Assembly (NCBI GenBank): GCA_963796795.1
Contig: CAWCNA010000013.1
Span: 11,571 to 75,570 of the forward strand
Direction: 5' to 3'
Source of the DNA: Candidatus Adlerbacteria bacterium
Lineage (GTDB): Bacteria > Patescibacteriota > Minisyncoccia > Phycocordibacterales > SBAW01
Length of the DNA: 64,000 bases
In this document: positions 54,782 through 64,000 of the stretch, piece after piece
Layout of the letters: each line of letters begins with the position of its first letter
Position numbering within the stretch: position 1 is the stretch's first letter
The notes under the pieces: model-generated
Databases searched by the model: none
Seen by the model: only the letters and a program-made list of their open reading frames with translations
Told to the model about the DNA's origin: nothing
Program-made: the position numbers and the translations under genes

Positions 54782-56533
54782 ATGTGCGGCATCATCAGTA
54801 TAATTGGAAAAGGTGCCGTAGAGGCCTCGCTTGAGGAGGCTATTGCGACACTTAAACATCGCGGGCCCGACAGCCACGGCTCCATGCAATTTGATGGCGC
54901 AGCGCTCGGACATACGCGCCTGGCTATTATCGACCTCTCGCCCTCGGGGCATCAGCCGATGCGCGATAATGCAAAAAATATTGCTATCACTTTTAATGGT
55001 GAAATCTACAACTACAAAGAGCTGCGTGCCGAACTTGAGGCAAAGGGGCACACATTTTCTACGCCTTCAGATACAGAAGTAATTTTAAAAGCGTACGAGG
55101 AGTATGGCAGCGAGTGCCCAAAAAAGTTGGACGGCATGTTCGCGTTTGTTATCTGGGATGATGAGAAAAAAGAAGCTTTTATGGCACGCGACCGCTTTGG
55201 CAAGAAACCTCTTTTCTATGCACATACGCCTGATGGAAAATTGGTTGCGGGTTCGGAGATAAAAGCGCTCAAGGCAGCTGGCGTACAACCAGAAATTGAC
55301 CCCCAAGGTATTGATGCGTATTTAACTCTTATGTATGTGCCACCGTGGCGTACGGTATATAAAAACGTGCACGTGATACTCCCCGGACACTCTGCAACGT
55401 ATAAAGACGGAAAACTTGAAACAAATATCTATTGGCAGCTTGAACGTAAACCTATTTCGATATCATATGAGGATGCAAAAAAAGAACTGCGCCGACTTTT
55501 TGCACAGTCGGTCAAAAAGCGCATGGTTGCCGATGTTGAAGTGGGCGCTTTTCTCTCCGGCGGCGTTGATTCAACCTTGGTTACTGCATACGCACAAAAG
55601 ATTTCTTCAAAACCCATACAAACATTTTCGCTCGGGTATGGAGATCTAATAAACGAGCTTCCATTCGCGCAGGAAGCCGCTGACACATTGAAAACAAATC
55701 ATCATACACTCCAGGCAAGCGGCGACCTTATCCATGAATTAGAAGCTTCACTCTCATATTTTGACGAGCCCCATGGTGACACCGCATCATTCCCCCAACA
55801 TATGCTCTCGCGGGAAACGGCAAAAAGCGTCAAGGTCGCGCTTTCAGGCGAAGGCGGCGACGAGATGTTCCTTGGCTACGGTCGATATTTTTCGTACTGG
55901 CACACCAACAAGCTGTCACGGCTTAGAAATATGCTGTTCTCAAATCAATACAAAGATTTTCTAAAACAAAGTACTGTCTTCCCTCTTTCTTTGCGGAAAG
56001 ATTTACAAAAAGACACTTCGAATCTTTGGACTGAACCCATGGATACCATGGTTCAGGGTTTCAAGGGCACGACGCTTGAGCGCATGGACCTCTTCGATCT
56101 CACGACTCATATGCCCGGGATGTTACTCACCAAAGTGGACGAAATGGGCATGATGCATGGACTCGAAATTCGCTGTCCGTTTCTGGATTATGAACTTGCG
56201 GAGTTTGCGTTCAATCTGCCCCTCGAATATAAGACCAACGGGAGTACCGGGAAAATCATTTTAAAAGATCTTCTAGCAGAAATTATGCCGCGTGAGTTCG
56301 TCGATAGAAAAAAACAGGGTTTTGGTGCGCCAGTACGAAAATGGCTGCAGGAACCCGCGCTGCGCACATATGTCGAAAAGATCTTCAAAGATGCACGAGT
56401 CTACCAGTATCTCGACGCCGCTCGTGTTCAGGCATTTATCAAAAAAACCTACGCAAGCCAAAAACCAAAAGCCTACTATCAGCTCTGGACCTTGCTGTGC
56501 CTCGAGATTTGGCTAAAGAAACATGACTATTAG
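54782..56533 (+). CDS. asnB: asparagine synthase-family glutamine amidotransferase
   Basis: MCGI, HRGPD, FNGEIYNY, RDRFGKKPL, LSGGVDS, SGEGGDE. Confidence 0.93.
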   Translation: MCGIISIIGKGAVEASLEEAIATLKHRGPDSHGSMQFDGAALGHTRLAIIDLSPSGHQPMRDNAKNIAITFNGEIYNYKELRAELEAKGHTFSTPSDTEVILKAYEEYGSECPKKLDGMFAFVIWDDEKKEAFMARDRFGKKPLFYAHTPDGKLVAGSEIKALKAAGVQPEIDPQGIDAYLTLMYVPPWRTVYKNVHVILPGHSATYKDGKLETNIYWQLERKPISISYEDAKKELRRLFAQSVKKRMVADVEVGAFLSGGVDSTLVTAYAQKISSKPIQTFSLGYGDLINELPFAQEAADTLKTNHHTLQASGDLIHELEASLSYFDEPHGDTASFPQHMLSRETAKSVKVALSGEGGDEMFLGYGRYFSYWHTNKLSRLRNMLFSNQYKDFLKQSTVFPLSLRKDLQKDTSNLWTEPMDTMVQGFKGTTLERMDLFDLTTHMPGMLLTKVDEMGMMHGLEIRCPFLDYELAEFAFNLPLEYKTNGSTGKIILKDLLAEIMPREFVDRKKQGFGAPVRKWLQEPALRTYVEKIFKDARVYQYLDAARVQAFIKKTYASQKPKAYYQLWTLLCLEIWLKKHDY

Positions 56534-57659
56534 GGAATTTTTTAACCGTTTACTTTTCCGCCTGCAAGGAAGGGTAATACATCTCAAACCTAAGGGGCCA
56601 GTGAAAGGCCGAGTGCTTTTTTCCTATATCACACACTCATTCTTGCGGCCAGGGCCATGGGATAGCCATACCAATTACTGGGAAGGGCGGAACATGGTTG
56701 AAGCATTTGTCGAGCGTGGATATGCCGTTGATGTTATTGACTCAACAAATCAAACATTCCTTCCAAAAAAACACTATGATTTTTTTATCGATAACGCGGT
56801 AAACATGGAAAGGCTCACTCCCCTGCTAAACCAAGACTGCATAAAGATATTTCATATTACAAACGCTGAACCGCGCTTCCAAAACGCTGCAGAGAGAACA
56901 CGTGCTGAGGATCTAAAAAAACGTCGCGGTATTGTACTTGCCCCTGACCGCACAATCGCGGAAGTCCGTACGGTGAAGCTTGCCGAGTATACAACGGCAC
57001 TTGGTAACAAATTTACTATTGATACCTATGCGTACGCACACAAGCCTATGACGCGCATTCCAATATCTTCAACCCATACTTTTCCCTCTCCAGAACATAA
57101 AAATTTTGATGCCGTACAAAAACAGTTTGTATGGATAGGCGGCGCAGGTCCCCTCCACAAAGGTTTGGATCTCGTACTGGAAGCATTCGCCACTATGCCG
57201 GACTATAAACTTGTTGTATGCGTCAAATTGGGGGCTGATACAGCATTCGCTCGCGCATTCGCGACAGAGTTATATCAAACACCCAATATTAAAACTTTGG
57301 GGTTTATCGACCATGGAAGTGAGCAGTTCAAAAAACTCTGCAATGAATCACTTGGTATTATCTCTGTCTCGTGTGCAGAAGGCGGAGGCGGTAGTACCAT
57401 CCTTGGAATGCACGCGGGGCTTATACCGATTGTTAATTACGAAACATCCGTGGATGTCGAAGACTTCGGCCTTTTGCTGCCCGACTCACACATCGAGACG
57501 ATACAACGCTCCATCCGTGAAGTTTCTTCATTACCAAAAGAAGCATTACAGTCGAAGGCGGTTGCCGCATGGAACTATGCACGCGAGAACCATACCCGCG
57601 AGCGATTTGCAAAGCACTACAGACTATTCTTAGATACACTTTTAGAACACCATGACTGA
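56523..57659 (+). CDS. GT4 glycosyltransferase
   Basis: HKGLDLVLEAF; SCAEGGGGS GT-B motif. Confidence 0.8.
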   Translation: MTIREFFNRLLFRLQGRVIHLKPKGPVKGRVLFSYITHSFLRPGPWDSHTNYWEGRNMVEAFVERGYAVDVIDSTNQTFLPKKHYDFFIDNAVNMERLTPLLNQDCIKIFHITNAEPRFQNAAERTRAEDLKKRRGIVLAPDRTIAEVRTVKLAEYTTALGNKFTIDTYAYAHKPMTRIPISSTHTFPSPEHKNFDAVQKQFVWIGGAGPLHKGLDLVLEAFATMPDYKLVVCVKLGADTAFARAFATELYQTPNIKTLGFIDHGSEQFKKLCNESLGIISVSCAEGGGGSTILGMHAGLIPIVNYETSVDVEDFGLLLPDSHIETIQRSIREVSSLPKEALQSKAVAAWNYARENHTRERFAKHYRLFLDTLLEHHD

Positions 57660-58509
57660 ACAGGAACTTATATCCGTCGTCATACCCGTTTGGAATGAAA
57701 AGGATCGTATCGCGCGGGCGATTGAATCAATGCAGAATCAAACATGGAGAAACCTAGAGATTATTGTTGTGGACGATGGCTCGACCGACGGTACGCAGGA
57801 AATCGTCAAAGGAATTGCAAAGCAAGACCAGCGGGTTTCTTTTTATGACAATCCTCACAAAGTACCCCGCACCAACTGGCGCGGATACGATATCAACGCA
57901 GGATATGCTGCCCGCAATTATGGGTTCAGTATCGCCGAAGGTCAGTGGATAACGACCCAGGACGCGGATGATGCGTCTTTGTTAAATCGTATCGAGGTGC
58001 AGTACCAGCTGGCAAAAAAATACAACGCCACAATGGTAACTGTTAGCTATCAACGCCTGCGTCCGGAGATTTTGGATAAAAAACTTGATATTGGGAGAAT
58101 TTTTAAAGAAAAAGGAGAGGAACATGTCGTGATACGACCGGAAACTATTGTGACATTCACTAAAAAACAGCGAGGTATTTTGATGATCGAGCCCTTACAC
58201 AGATTTATCCCTTTCCCCATCAAATGGTTTCCATATACACGGAAGCTTTTCTATAGACATACCGATCCGTTTTTGGGCGCTGACAACTGTATGATGTTCA
58301 ATAGGAAGGTCATAGACGCGGGCGTTTATTTTAGAACTCGTAACCAGCGTACATGGGGCACGCCAAACGGCCGCGGCACCGGGCGTGATTTTGCCTACAA
58401 TGTAAGCATGAAATTTAAAAATAGCTGGTCATTCCGTCTGCCGCTGTATCTGTGGAACGCCAACTTGGAAAACCCAGACTATATAGGCTACGAAAAATAT
58501 TTGATATGA
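57652..58509 (+). CDS. GT2 glycosyltransferase
   Basis: SVVIPVWN, VVDDGSTD, ARNYG, QDADD. Confidence 0.9.
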   Translation: MTEQELISVVIPVWNEKDRIARAIESMQNQTWRNLEIIVVDDGSTDGTQEIVKGIAKQDQRVSFYDNPHKVPRTNWRGYDINAGYAARNYGFSIAEGQWITTQDADDASLLNRIEVQYQLAKKYNATMVTVSYQRLRPEILDKKLDIGRIFKEKGEEHVVIRPETIVTFTKKQRGILMIEPLHRFIPFPIKWFPYTRKLFYRHTDPFLGADNCMMFNRKVIDAGVYFRTRNQRTWGTPNGRGTGRDFAYNVSMKFKNSWSFRLPLYLWNANLENPDYIGYEKYLI

Positions 58510-59405
58510 AATTTTCTATCATCACACCCGCATACGACATAGCAAAGTGGCTACCCACGACGATAGAGAGCGTGCTCGATCAAGCAGGAGATTTTTCTAT
58601 TGAATATATTTTGGTTATCAATGACTCACTGGACGACACTCTCAAAATCGCACAAACATATAAGCAAAGGGTTGAATCTAGTGAATATCCAATACACTGC
58701 AAAAATATTTCGATGCAGATTATTGAAGCCGAAAAGCCACAGGGCATGTATGTCGCTATCAATGAAGGGTTTGCAAAAGCGACTGGTGATATTTTTGCAT
58801 GGATTGCAGGAGACGATATCTATAGGCCGGGCGCGTTTCAAGTAATGAACGAGGCATTTAGAGAATACCCTGATATCGGCTGGCTCAAAGGTATCACTAC
58901 CACTATCGGGGAACACGGCGAGCTTATACGAGGAAGCACCTCGAGCATCTATCATCAAGACTGGTTACGTTTGGGGGTATATGGGATGGAGTCATACCAT
59001 GTCGAGCAAGACAGTAATTTTTGGCGTGCGAGTGTATGGAAAAAGGTGGGCAATTTCCCCTCCTATTTCAAGAGCGCGGGCGACTACTGGCTCTGGATAC
59101 AGATGGCAAAATATGCCCGTTTATGGAGCATAAACGCCTCTATAAGCGCTTTTCGCAAGCGCGAAGGCCAAGATAGCCGTGCAAATCACAGCAGGCTAAT
59201 TGCGCAGAAAAAGGCGGCTCGGCCAAAACGCCCCCTTCGCGCATGGATTCCCCGCCTGTTCTTTTACCCCTACTTCAATCTGCCGGCCCTTCAACCATCG
59301 TTACGGAAACTCTATCCGTATATCTTTTTCTATAAGTCGCGGACGTACCTTGAGAAAGAAAACGGTGTGTGGGTCAAAAAAACAATGCCGACCTTTTCTC
59401 TTTAG
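58506..59405 (+). CDS. GT2 glycosyltransferase
   Basis: FSIITPAY, GMYVAINEGF, WIAGDD, GDYWLW. Confidence 0.85.
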   Translation: MKFSIITPAYDIAKWLPTTIESVLDQAGDFSIEYILVINDSLDDTLKIAQTYKQRVESSEYPIHCKNISMQIIEAEKPQGMYVAINEGFAKATGDIFAWIAGDDIYRPGAFQVMNEAFREYPDIGWLKGITTTIGEHGELIRGSTSSIYHQDWLRLGVYGMESYHVEQDSNFWRASVWKKVGNFPSYFKSAGDYWLWIQMAKYARLWSINASISAFRKREGQDSRANHSRLIAQKKAARPKRPLRAWIPRLFFYPYFNLPALQPSLRKLYPYIFFYKSRTYLEKENGVWVKKTMPTFSL

Positions 59406-60047
59406 GATTTCTTCCGTGCCGCGACAAATACTCCCGCGGCTAACAATACGGGTACTACTTCGCTGCGCTTGATATCTCCGTATCGCTCAACGATAAGCGG
59501 GTCAAGTTTGTTTAAAATCAGAGCAAGTACGTACACCAAACCTTTTGTAAATTTTCCACCACGTAATTTTGTTTGAAACATAATACGCTGTAACAGTATG
59601 GCTATCGTGCTGAAGGCATCCCCTTCAACCCCCTCTTCGACGATATCGAAATCTTTAAGTACTGTCCTCAAACCATAAGGTGTGTATCTCCAATAGTCGT
59701 GTGGGGCATCGTGTACGGGAAAGTTAAAGCGCGTCGTAATAAGTAACAGTCCTCCAGGTTTCAAGATGCGGGCAATCTTCTGATGCGGCAAGAAATGGAT
59801 TATGGAAGTGCTCGAACGATTCCGCACATATCACAATATCAAATGAGGAATCCTCAAGTGGTAATGCATGTACGTCACCAACCACGTCAGGCTTCTTCTC
59901 CGCCGCAATATCAAGCGTTGTCACGTGAGGGAAAAAATCCTTCCACACACTTCGCGCACCAGCGCCAATATCGAGGACATACTTCGCGTCCGCATCCTTG
60001 TACGTTGTAAGAAATTTTTTTGCCTGCCAGTCGTTAAGTTTTCTCAT
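59402..60047 (-). CDS. class I SAM-dependent methyltransferase (frameshift ~59779)
   Basis: VLDIGAG, FDIVIC.E.FEH, then RILKPGG and HDAPHDYWRYT in the next frame. Confidence 0.85.
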
Positions 60048-60050
60048 ATA

Positions 60051-61109
60051 TTATTTTGAGGTAATTTTCTTAAAAAAATTAGCTAGGTTTTCGGTGCATC
60101 GGTCGGGGTTTAGATGCTCTTCAGCAAATTTCCGGGCATTGGCACCCAAACGTGCTCGGAGCTCGCGGTCGTCAAGAAGGCGTTTAATGGCTGCATGCAT
60201 GGCATGCACATCATGTTGCGGCACCAGCAATCCATTCACACCATCTTCGATATATGCCTCCATCCCCTGTGAGCGCGATGCGACTATTGCCTTTCCCATC
60301 GAGAGCGATTCATACAGTGCTGAAATGCCCATCTCGTTATTTAAGCCCGTTGAGGTATCGAGCGGGATGACAACAATAGATGCATCGTCATAGGCATCTT
60401 TAAGTTCTGGGACTGAAAAAGTTTTATGTACGATGTGGCCGGGCAACGGTGCCAAGGATTTGAGACGGGATTCTCGCGTGGTAATGATAAGCTCTTTGCC
60501 GAGGCCCTCTGTTGCCGCAAACAAAAGTTTTAAGTCTCTGTCCGGGTCTCGGCCGGGTGAGAAAATCGCGCCTTCGCCCAAGATGCCGGATGGTTTGAAA
60601 TATTCTAAGTCAACACCGTACGGGATAAATTCAATGCGACCGCGCAAATTCGAAAAACGCTGCTCCAAAAGCTGTTTCTCTTTTTTACTTATGGTTACTA
60701 TCCCGGCTGCACGCGAAACCATCCACGCAAATACTTTTTGTTTTACTGTTGTTTCATTGGCAATGGTGCCCATAATGCTAAAGTCGTGCATGACCCATTT
60801 TGGTTTTTTAATATGCAGGAGAGTATGCACAAGTTGCGTGCCATACCCCGTTGAGGAAAATACGATGTCGTAGGAAAAGAACGCGAGGTATGTCGGCAGA
60901 TGAATCCAATTGACGCTTATGTGTTTTCGGAGAAATTTTGAAACCGAGCGCGGATAGACTTCCTCGACCCCCACATGGGAAGCATCAATACCAAATTTGT
61001 GGAGATGGAGCATGCCCCAAAAGCCGTTACCCTGCTCTGTGCCAGCCTTCACTTGTGCCAAATGGGGCCCGCGATCCCCCGTAAAAAGATACAGCACCTT
61101 CAATTGCAT
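60051..61109 (-). CDS. GT4 glycosyltransferase
   Basis: PYGVD, GISALYESLSMGKAIV, DGVNGLLV. Confidence 0.87.
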   Translation of the reverse strand: MQLKVLYLFTGDRGPHLAQVKAGTEQGNGFWGMLHLHKFGIDASHVGVEEVYPRSVSKFLRKHISVNWIHLPTYLAFFSYDIVFSSTGYGTQLVHTLLHIKKPKWVMHDFSIMGTIANETTVKQKVFAWMVSRAAGIVTISKKEKQLLEQRFSNLRGRIEFIPYGVDLEYFKPSGILGEGAIFSPGRDPDRDLKLLFAATEGLGKELIITTRESRLKSLAPLPGHIVHKTFSVPELKDAYDDASIVVIPLDTSTGLNNEMGISALYESLSMGKAIVASRSQGMEAYIEDGVNGLLVPQHDVHAMHAAIKRLLDDRELRARLGANARKFAEEHLNPDRCTENLANFFKKITSK

Positions 61110-61175
61110 GGAGCTATTGTGGCGGCTGGGCGACCTTTTTGCAATGAAGAAAAAAGGGCATAATAGCGACACAAT

Positions 61176-62276
61176 ATGAAGGGTAAGTTCATACGGGCAG
61201 GGCTTTCTGCGCTCGCAATATGTCTATTAGTATTAATCTTTGGAGAAATATATGCGCGTATATTCCAGATAGAGCCGGACTCTCTTATCACCCTCGACTC
61301 ATGTACCGGTTATAAATCAATTCCGAATGCAGTGGGAGTAGTGAGAAATCCGGGGGGCCTTATACCTGTGGCCACCAATAGTGCGGGTTTCCGTGATGTT
61401 GAGCACACAACATCAAAACCTGCAGGTACCTATAGAGTCCTCTTTCTTGGTGACTCCTTTACTGAAAGCTTGCAGGTGCCGCTGCAGGATACCTTCTGGC
61501 GCCAGATGCAGGCGAAAGCCGATGCGGCACACCTGCCGCTCGAAATTATGACGATGGGCGTCTCAAGCTTTGATACGGCGCAGGAGATGCTTGCGTATGA
61601 ATGTTATGGTGAACAATATCATCCAGACCTTGTTGTGCTGGATTACAACGGGTTTGACCTGTTGGAAAATTATTTTTATACCGACCAGTTCACTCCAAAA
61701 TTTTCCCTTACGAACGGCGCCCTGACGCTCGACGAAAGTTACAAAGCAAACATTACAAAACGTCTGGAGCAAAAAGATACTCTATTCCCGGGCAGCCTCT
61801 ATTTTGTTAAAGATCATTCAATGTTTTTACGGCACCTCTTTTTTGAGATGCAAAATGCTTTAGTTGGCCAAACGCTTGCAAATAAGACAAATACGAGTGA
61901 CCCGGTCGCCGCAGAATTTGCAATAACATATACGGAGCAGATTGAAGATGCGTGGACACTTACAGGAGGTTTACTTACACGGCTTAATAGTGACGTTATA
62001 AAAAACGGTGGGCAGCTGCTTATGGTCAACTTCCCTATTATCCAGCAGTACGCACTGGACACTGACCCAACGCTCGACTTAGACAAACCTGATATGCGCC
62101 TCGCTGGTATCGCAAAAAATATTGGCGTCCCGTTTGTGGATTTATATCAGCCTCTCCTTACAGCCCAAAAGGCCGGCGTGGTGCATTTTGATGGAGACTC
62201 TCATCTGACACCGTACGGGCATACGGTTGTTGCCGGACTTTTGTACAATGAAGTGCTATATTTACGCAACAAATAA
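61176..62276 (+). CDS. membrane-anchored SGNH/GDSL protein (AlgJ/AlgX-like)
   Basis: N-terminal TM; NSAGFRD, LGDSFT, DSHLTPYGH (D-x-H). Confidence 0.85.
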   Translation: MKGKFIRAGLSALAICLLVLIFGEIYARIFQIEPDSLITLDSCTGYKSIPNAVGVVRNPGGLIPVATNSAGFRDVEHTTSKPAGTYRVLFLGDSFTESLQVPLQDTFWRQMQAKADAAHLPLEIMTMGVSSFDTAQEMLAYECYGEQYHPDLVVLDYNGFDLLENYFYTDQFTPKFSLTNGALTLDESYKANITKRLEQKDTLFPGSLYFVKDHSMFLRHLFFEMQNALVGQTLANKTNTSDPVAAEFAITYTEQIEDAWTLTGGLLTRLNSDVIKNGGQLLMVNFPIIQQYALDTDPTLDLDKPDMRLAGIAKNIGVPFVDLYQPLLTAQKAGVVHFDGDSHLTPYGHTVVAGLLYNEVLYLRNK

Positions 62277-62277
62277 C

Positions 62278-63177
62278 ATGGAGAAGTACCCGAAAATCAG
62301 CGTTATCATTCCCTGCCACAACCGCGCGCCATATATCAGGCAGGCCCTTGAGTCGGTACTTTCGCAAGAATACCCAAACCTCGAACTCATAGTAATTGAC
62401 GATAATTCAACCGATGGGAGCTGGGAAATAATCGAACGCTACAAAGAGAAGCTTGGCTACTACGAAAATATCAATATCAAGGCAACCTCTCCCCATCCGC
62501 AACTTCAATATGGATTTGATCGTTCAAGCGGTGAAATAATAGGCCACATCACCGACAAGGGCTTGTTGCTCCCTGGTAGCCTCTTTACCATTGGCCGCGT
62601 GTTTTCCGAGTTCCCCGATGTGGAATGGATAACCGCCATGACAACAGTGGTCAATGGCGATGGCTCTATCATCTCAGTCGTACCGCTGCGGAAAGATTTA
62701 CACGAACACTTGATCCACGTGCCGTGGAACATGCAGGCCGAGTCGACGTTTTGGCGCCGCTCATTGTGGGAGCGCTCGCATTCGACGTGGGACAACGGGC
62801 TTGGATGGGCAGCCGATTTTGGCATATGGAGTTACTTTTTTGCGGCAGGTGCAAAACTATATCATCTCAATACGATACTCGGTGCATATCGCAAAATTCC
62901 GAGTGCACAAGGCGTGAAGAACCCGAAACAATATTACGACAGCGCTGCACGATACACACAGTGGCTGCGAGCGCGCGTTCCAAAAAAAGAACTCGTCTAC
63001 GCATCACTCTATAAAGTACTTCGATATGCAAAACCAATACTCCGAAATATTCCCGACTCAATCTATCAACATATCCCTGTGCTAAATCACTTCTGCAATG
63101 AGGCAATTGCGTTTAAAGACATGCATACCCTTAAGCGATACAAGCGCAACCCGTTCCGCACTATCTATCCTTGGTAA
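62278..63177 (+). CDS. GT2 glycosyltransferase
   Basis: ISVIIPCHN, IDDNSTDGS, STFWRR, ADFGIW. Confidence 0.85.
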   Translation: MEKYPKISVIIPCHNRAPYIRQALESVLSQEYPNLELIVIDDNSTDGSWEIIERYKEKLGYYENINIKATSPHPQLQYGFDRSSGEIIGHITDKGLLLPGSLFTIGRVFSEFPDVEWITAMTTVVNGDGSIISVVPLRKDLHEHLIHVPWNMQAESTFWRRSLWERSHSTWDNGLGWAADFGIWSYFFAAGAKLYHLNTILGAYRKIPSAQGVKNPKQYYDSAARYTQWLRARVPKKELVYASLYKVLRYAKPILRNIPDSIYQHIPVLNHFCNEAIAFKDMHTLKRYKRNPFRTIYPW

Positions 63178-63181
63178 TTTA

Positions 63182-64000
63182 TTAGATGCCAAACTCAGCG
63201 TGTAGCTGATTGTTTACCTTATCAAGCCCTGTAGTATTATGCTTTTGTTCAAACATATATTGCGCGACCAGTAACCCAAACAGGTGATTTCCTTCCGGAT
63301 TGAAATGCAGGTCGTCCTGCCAGTAGAGTGGTGAGGATGTTGCCGCGGCAGCCGCGCGGAATTGTGAGAGCGGGTCAAAATATGTAATCCCCTGTTTCTG
63401 CATAAATGCTTCTTCGGCCGCATATGTCGTGCTGGTTGTTGTCGCGTAGGTATCTTCTTTTGGCGGGATGAAGACGAAGAGAAGCTTGGAGCCTTCTTTT
63501 TGTGCCAGATTTTTTAAACCTGCAATGTTTGCAAGATGTGCCGCAAAACTTGCGTCGGTCGTCGGGACGGAGGCGGGCTCTTGGTTCACAATACCAACAT
63601 CTTGGAGAAGCTGTTTCGGGGCGATATCTTTTATTGCACTCTGCGCAAGGAGATACAAAATGGAATGGTTGCGCAGGTAGCACTTAACTGCTTGCAGTGC
63701 TGGATGTACGGGCATGTTCCACATGCAATATTCCTGTGCCCACTGTGCGTATTGCGGCAATTTTTGTTGCAATTGATCGTAGGTAAGTGTTGGGTCATTG
63801 CTTAGGTTTTTTATGAGCTGCCCTTGGTAGACAAGGCTGTTTGGAAATGCCGCATCATCGTTCGGGTCATTGGCAAAATAACTCACGATAATCATCGTGG
63901 GCTTGGGTAATGTGGCGAGAGTCTTTGTCGTCTTCGCCAGCTCCTGTTTGGTGCCATAGCCGGGGACTCCACACTTTACTATGCGCGCACCTAGTAGTGT
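63182..64000 (-). CDS. SGNH/AlgX-like protein, N-terminus outside the window
   Basis: GVPGYGTKQE, FAND and DLHFNPEGN motifs; frame open to the edge. Confidence 0.8.
   Translation of the reverse strand, partial: TLLGARIVKCGVPGYGTKQELAKTTKTLATLPKPTMIIVSYFANDPNDDAAFPNSLVYQGQLIKNLSNDPTLTYDQLQQKLPQYAQWAQEYCMWNMPVHPALQAVKCYLRNHSILYLLAQSAIKDIAPKQLLQDVGIVNQEPASVPTTDASFAAHLANIAGLKNLAQKEGSKLLFVFIPPKEDTYATTTSTTYAAEEAFMQKQGITYFDPLSQFRAAAAATSSPLYWQDDLHFNPEGNHLFGLLVAQYMFEQKHNTTGLDKVNNQLHAEFGI

Overview
Bacterial chromosomal window, very probably Patescibacteria/Parcubacteria (inferred from gene content, weak Shine-Dalgarno use and giant Ser/Thr/Gly-rich surface proteins). Left: a pentose-phosphate/glycolysis cluster (PfkB kinase, split transketolase interrupted by a pilin and a membrane protein, rpe, rpiB, gap), a lone possible RNase and an orphan RelB-like antitoxin. 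7.6-34.7 kb: three co-oriented genes that each start with an excisionase/MerR-like HTH followed by one TM helix. Two of them continue as giant fibre-like proteins (about 2,440 and 6,050 aa once frameshifts are bridged) with VGIGT repeats, Gly-rich domains, exchangeable-looking propeller cassettes and, in the larger one, an internal peptidase-G2-like chaperone. Middle: gatB, obgE, ccdA-like, NUDIX, DoxX, secA, a 14-aa Lys-rich peptide, murB, an O-antigen-ligase/TPR protein and an SDR. Right: a glycan locus (flippase, GT11, GT2/GT4, methyltransferases, AsnB, SGNH) containing an MBOAT-AcpS-FkbH-ACP-MaoC-SDR acyl-transfer module. Many genes carry 1-bp indels; outside secA most sit at TCTGA/TCAGA, suggesting read errors caused by a DNA modification. 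Several short palindromic elements sit in frame inside genes. No rRNA, tRNA, CRISPR array or transposase was recognised. All family assignments are from motif recognition, not database searches.
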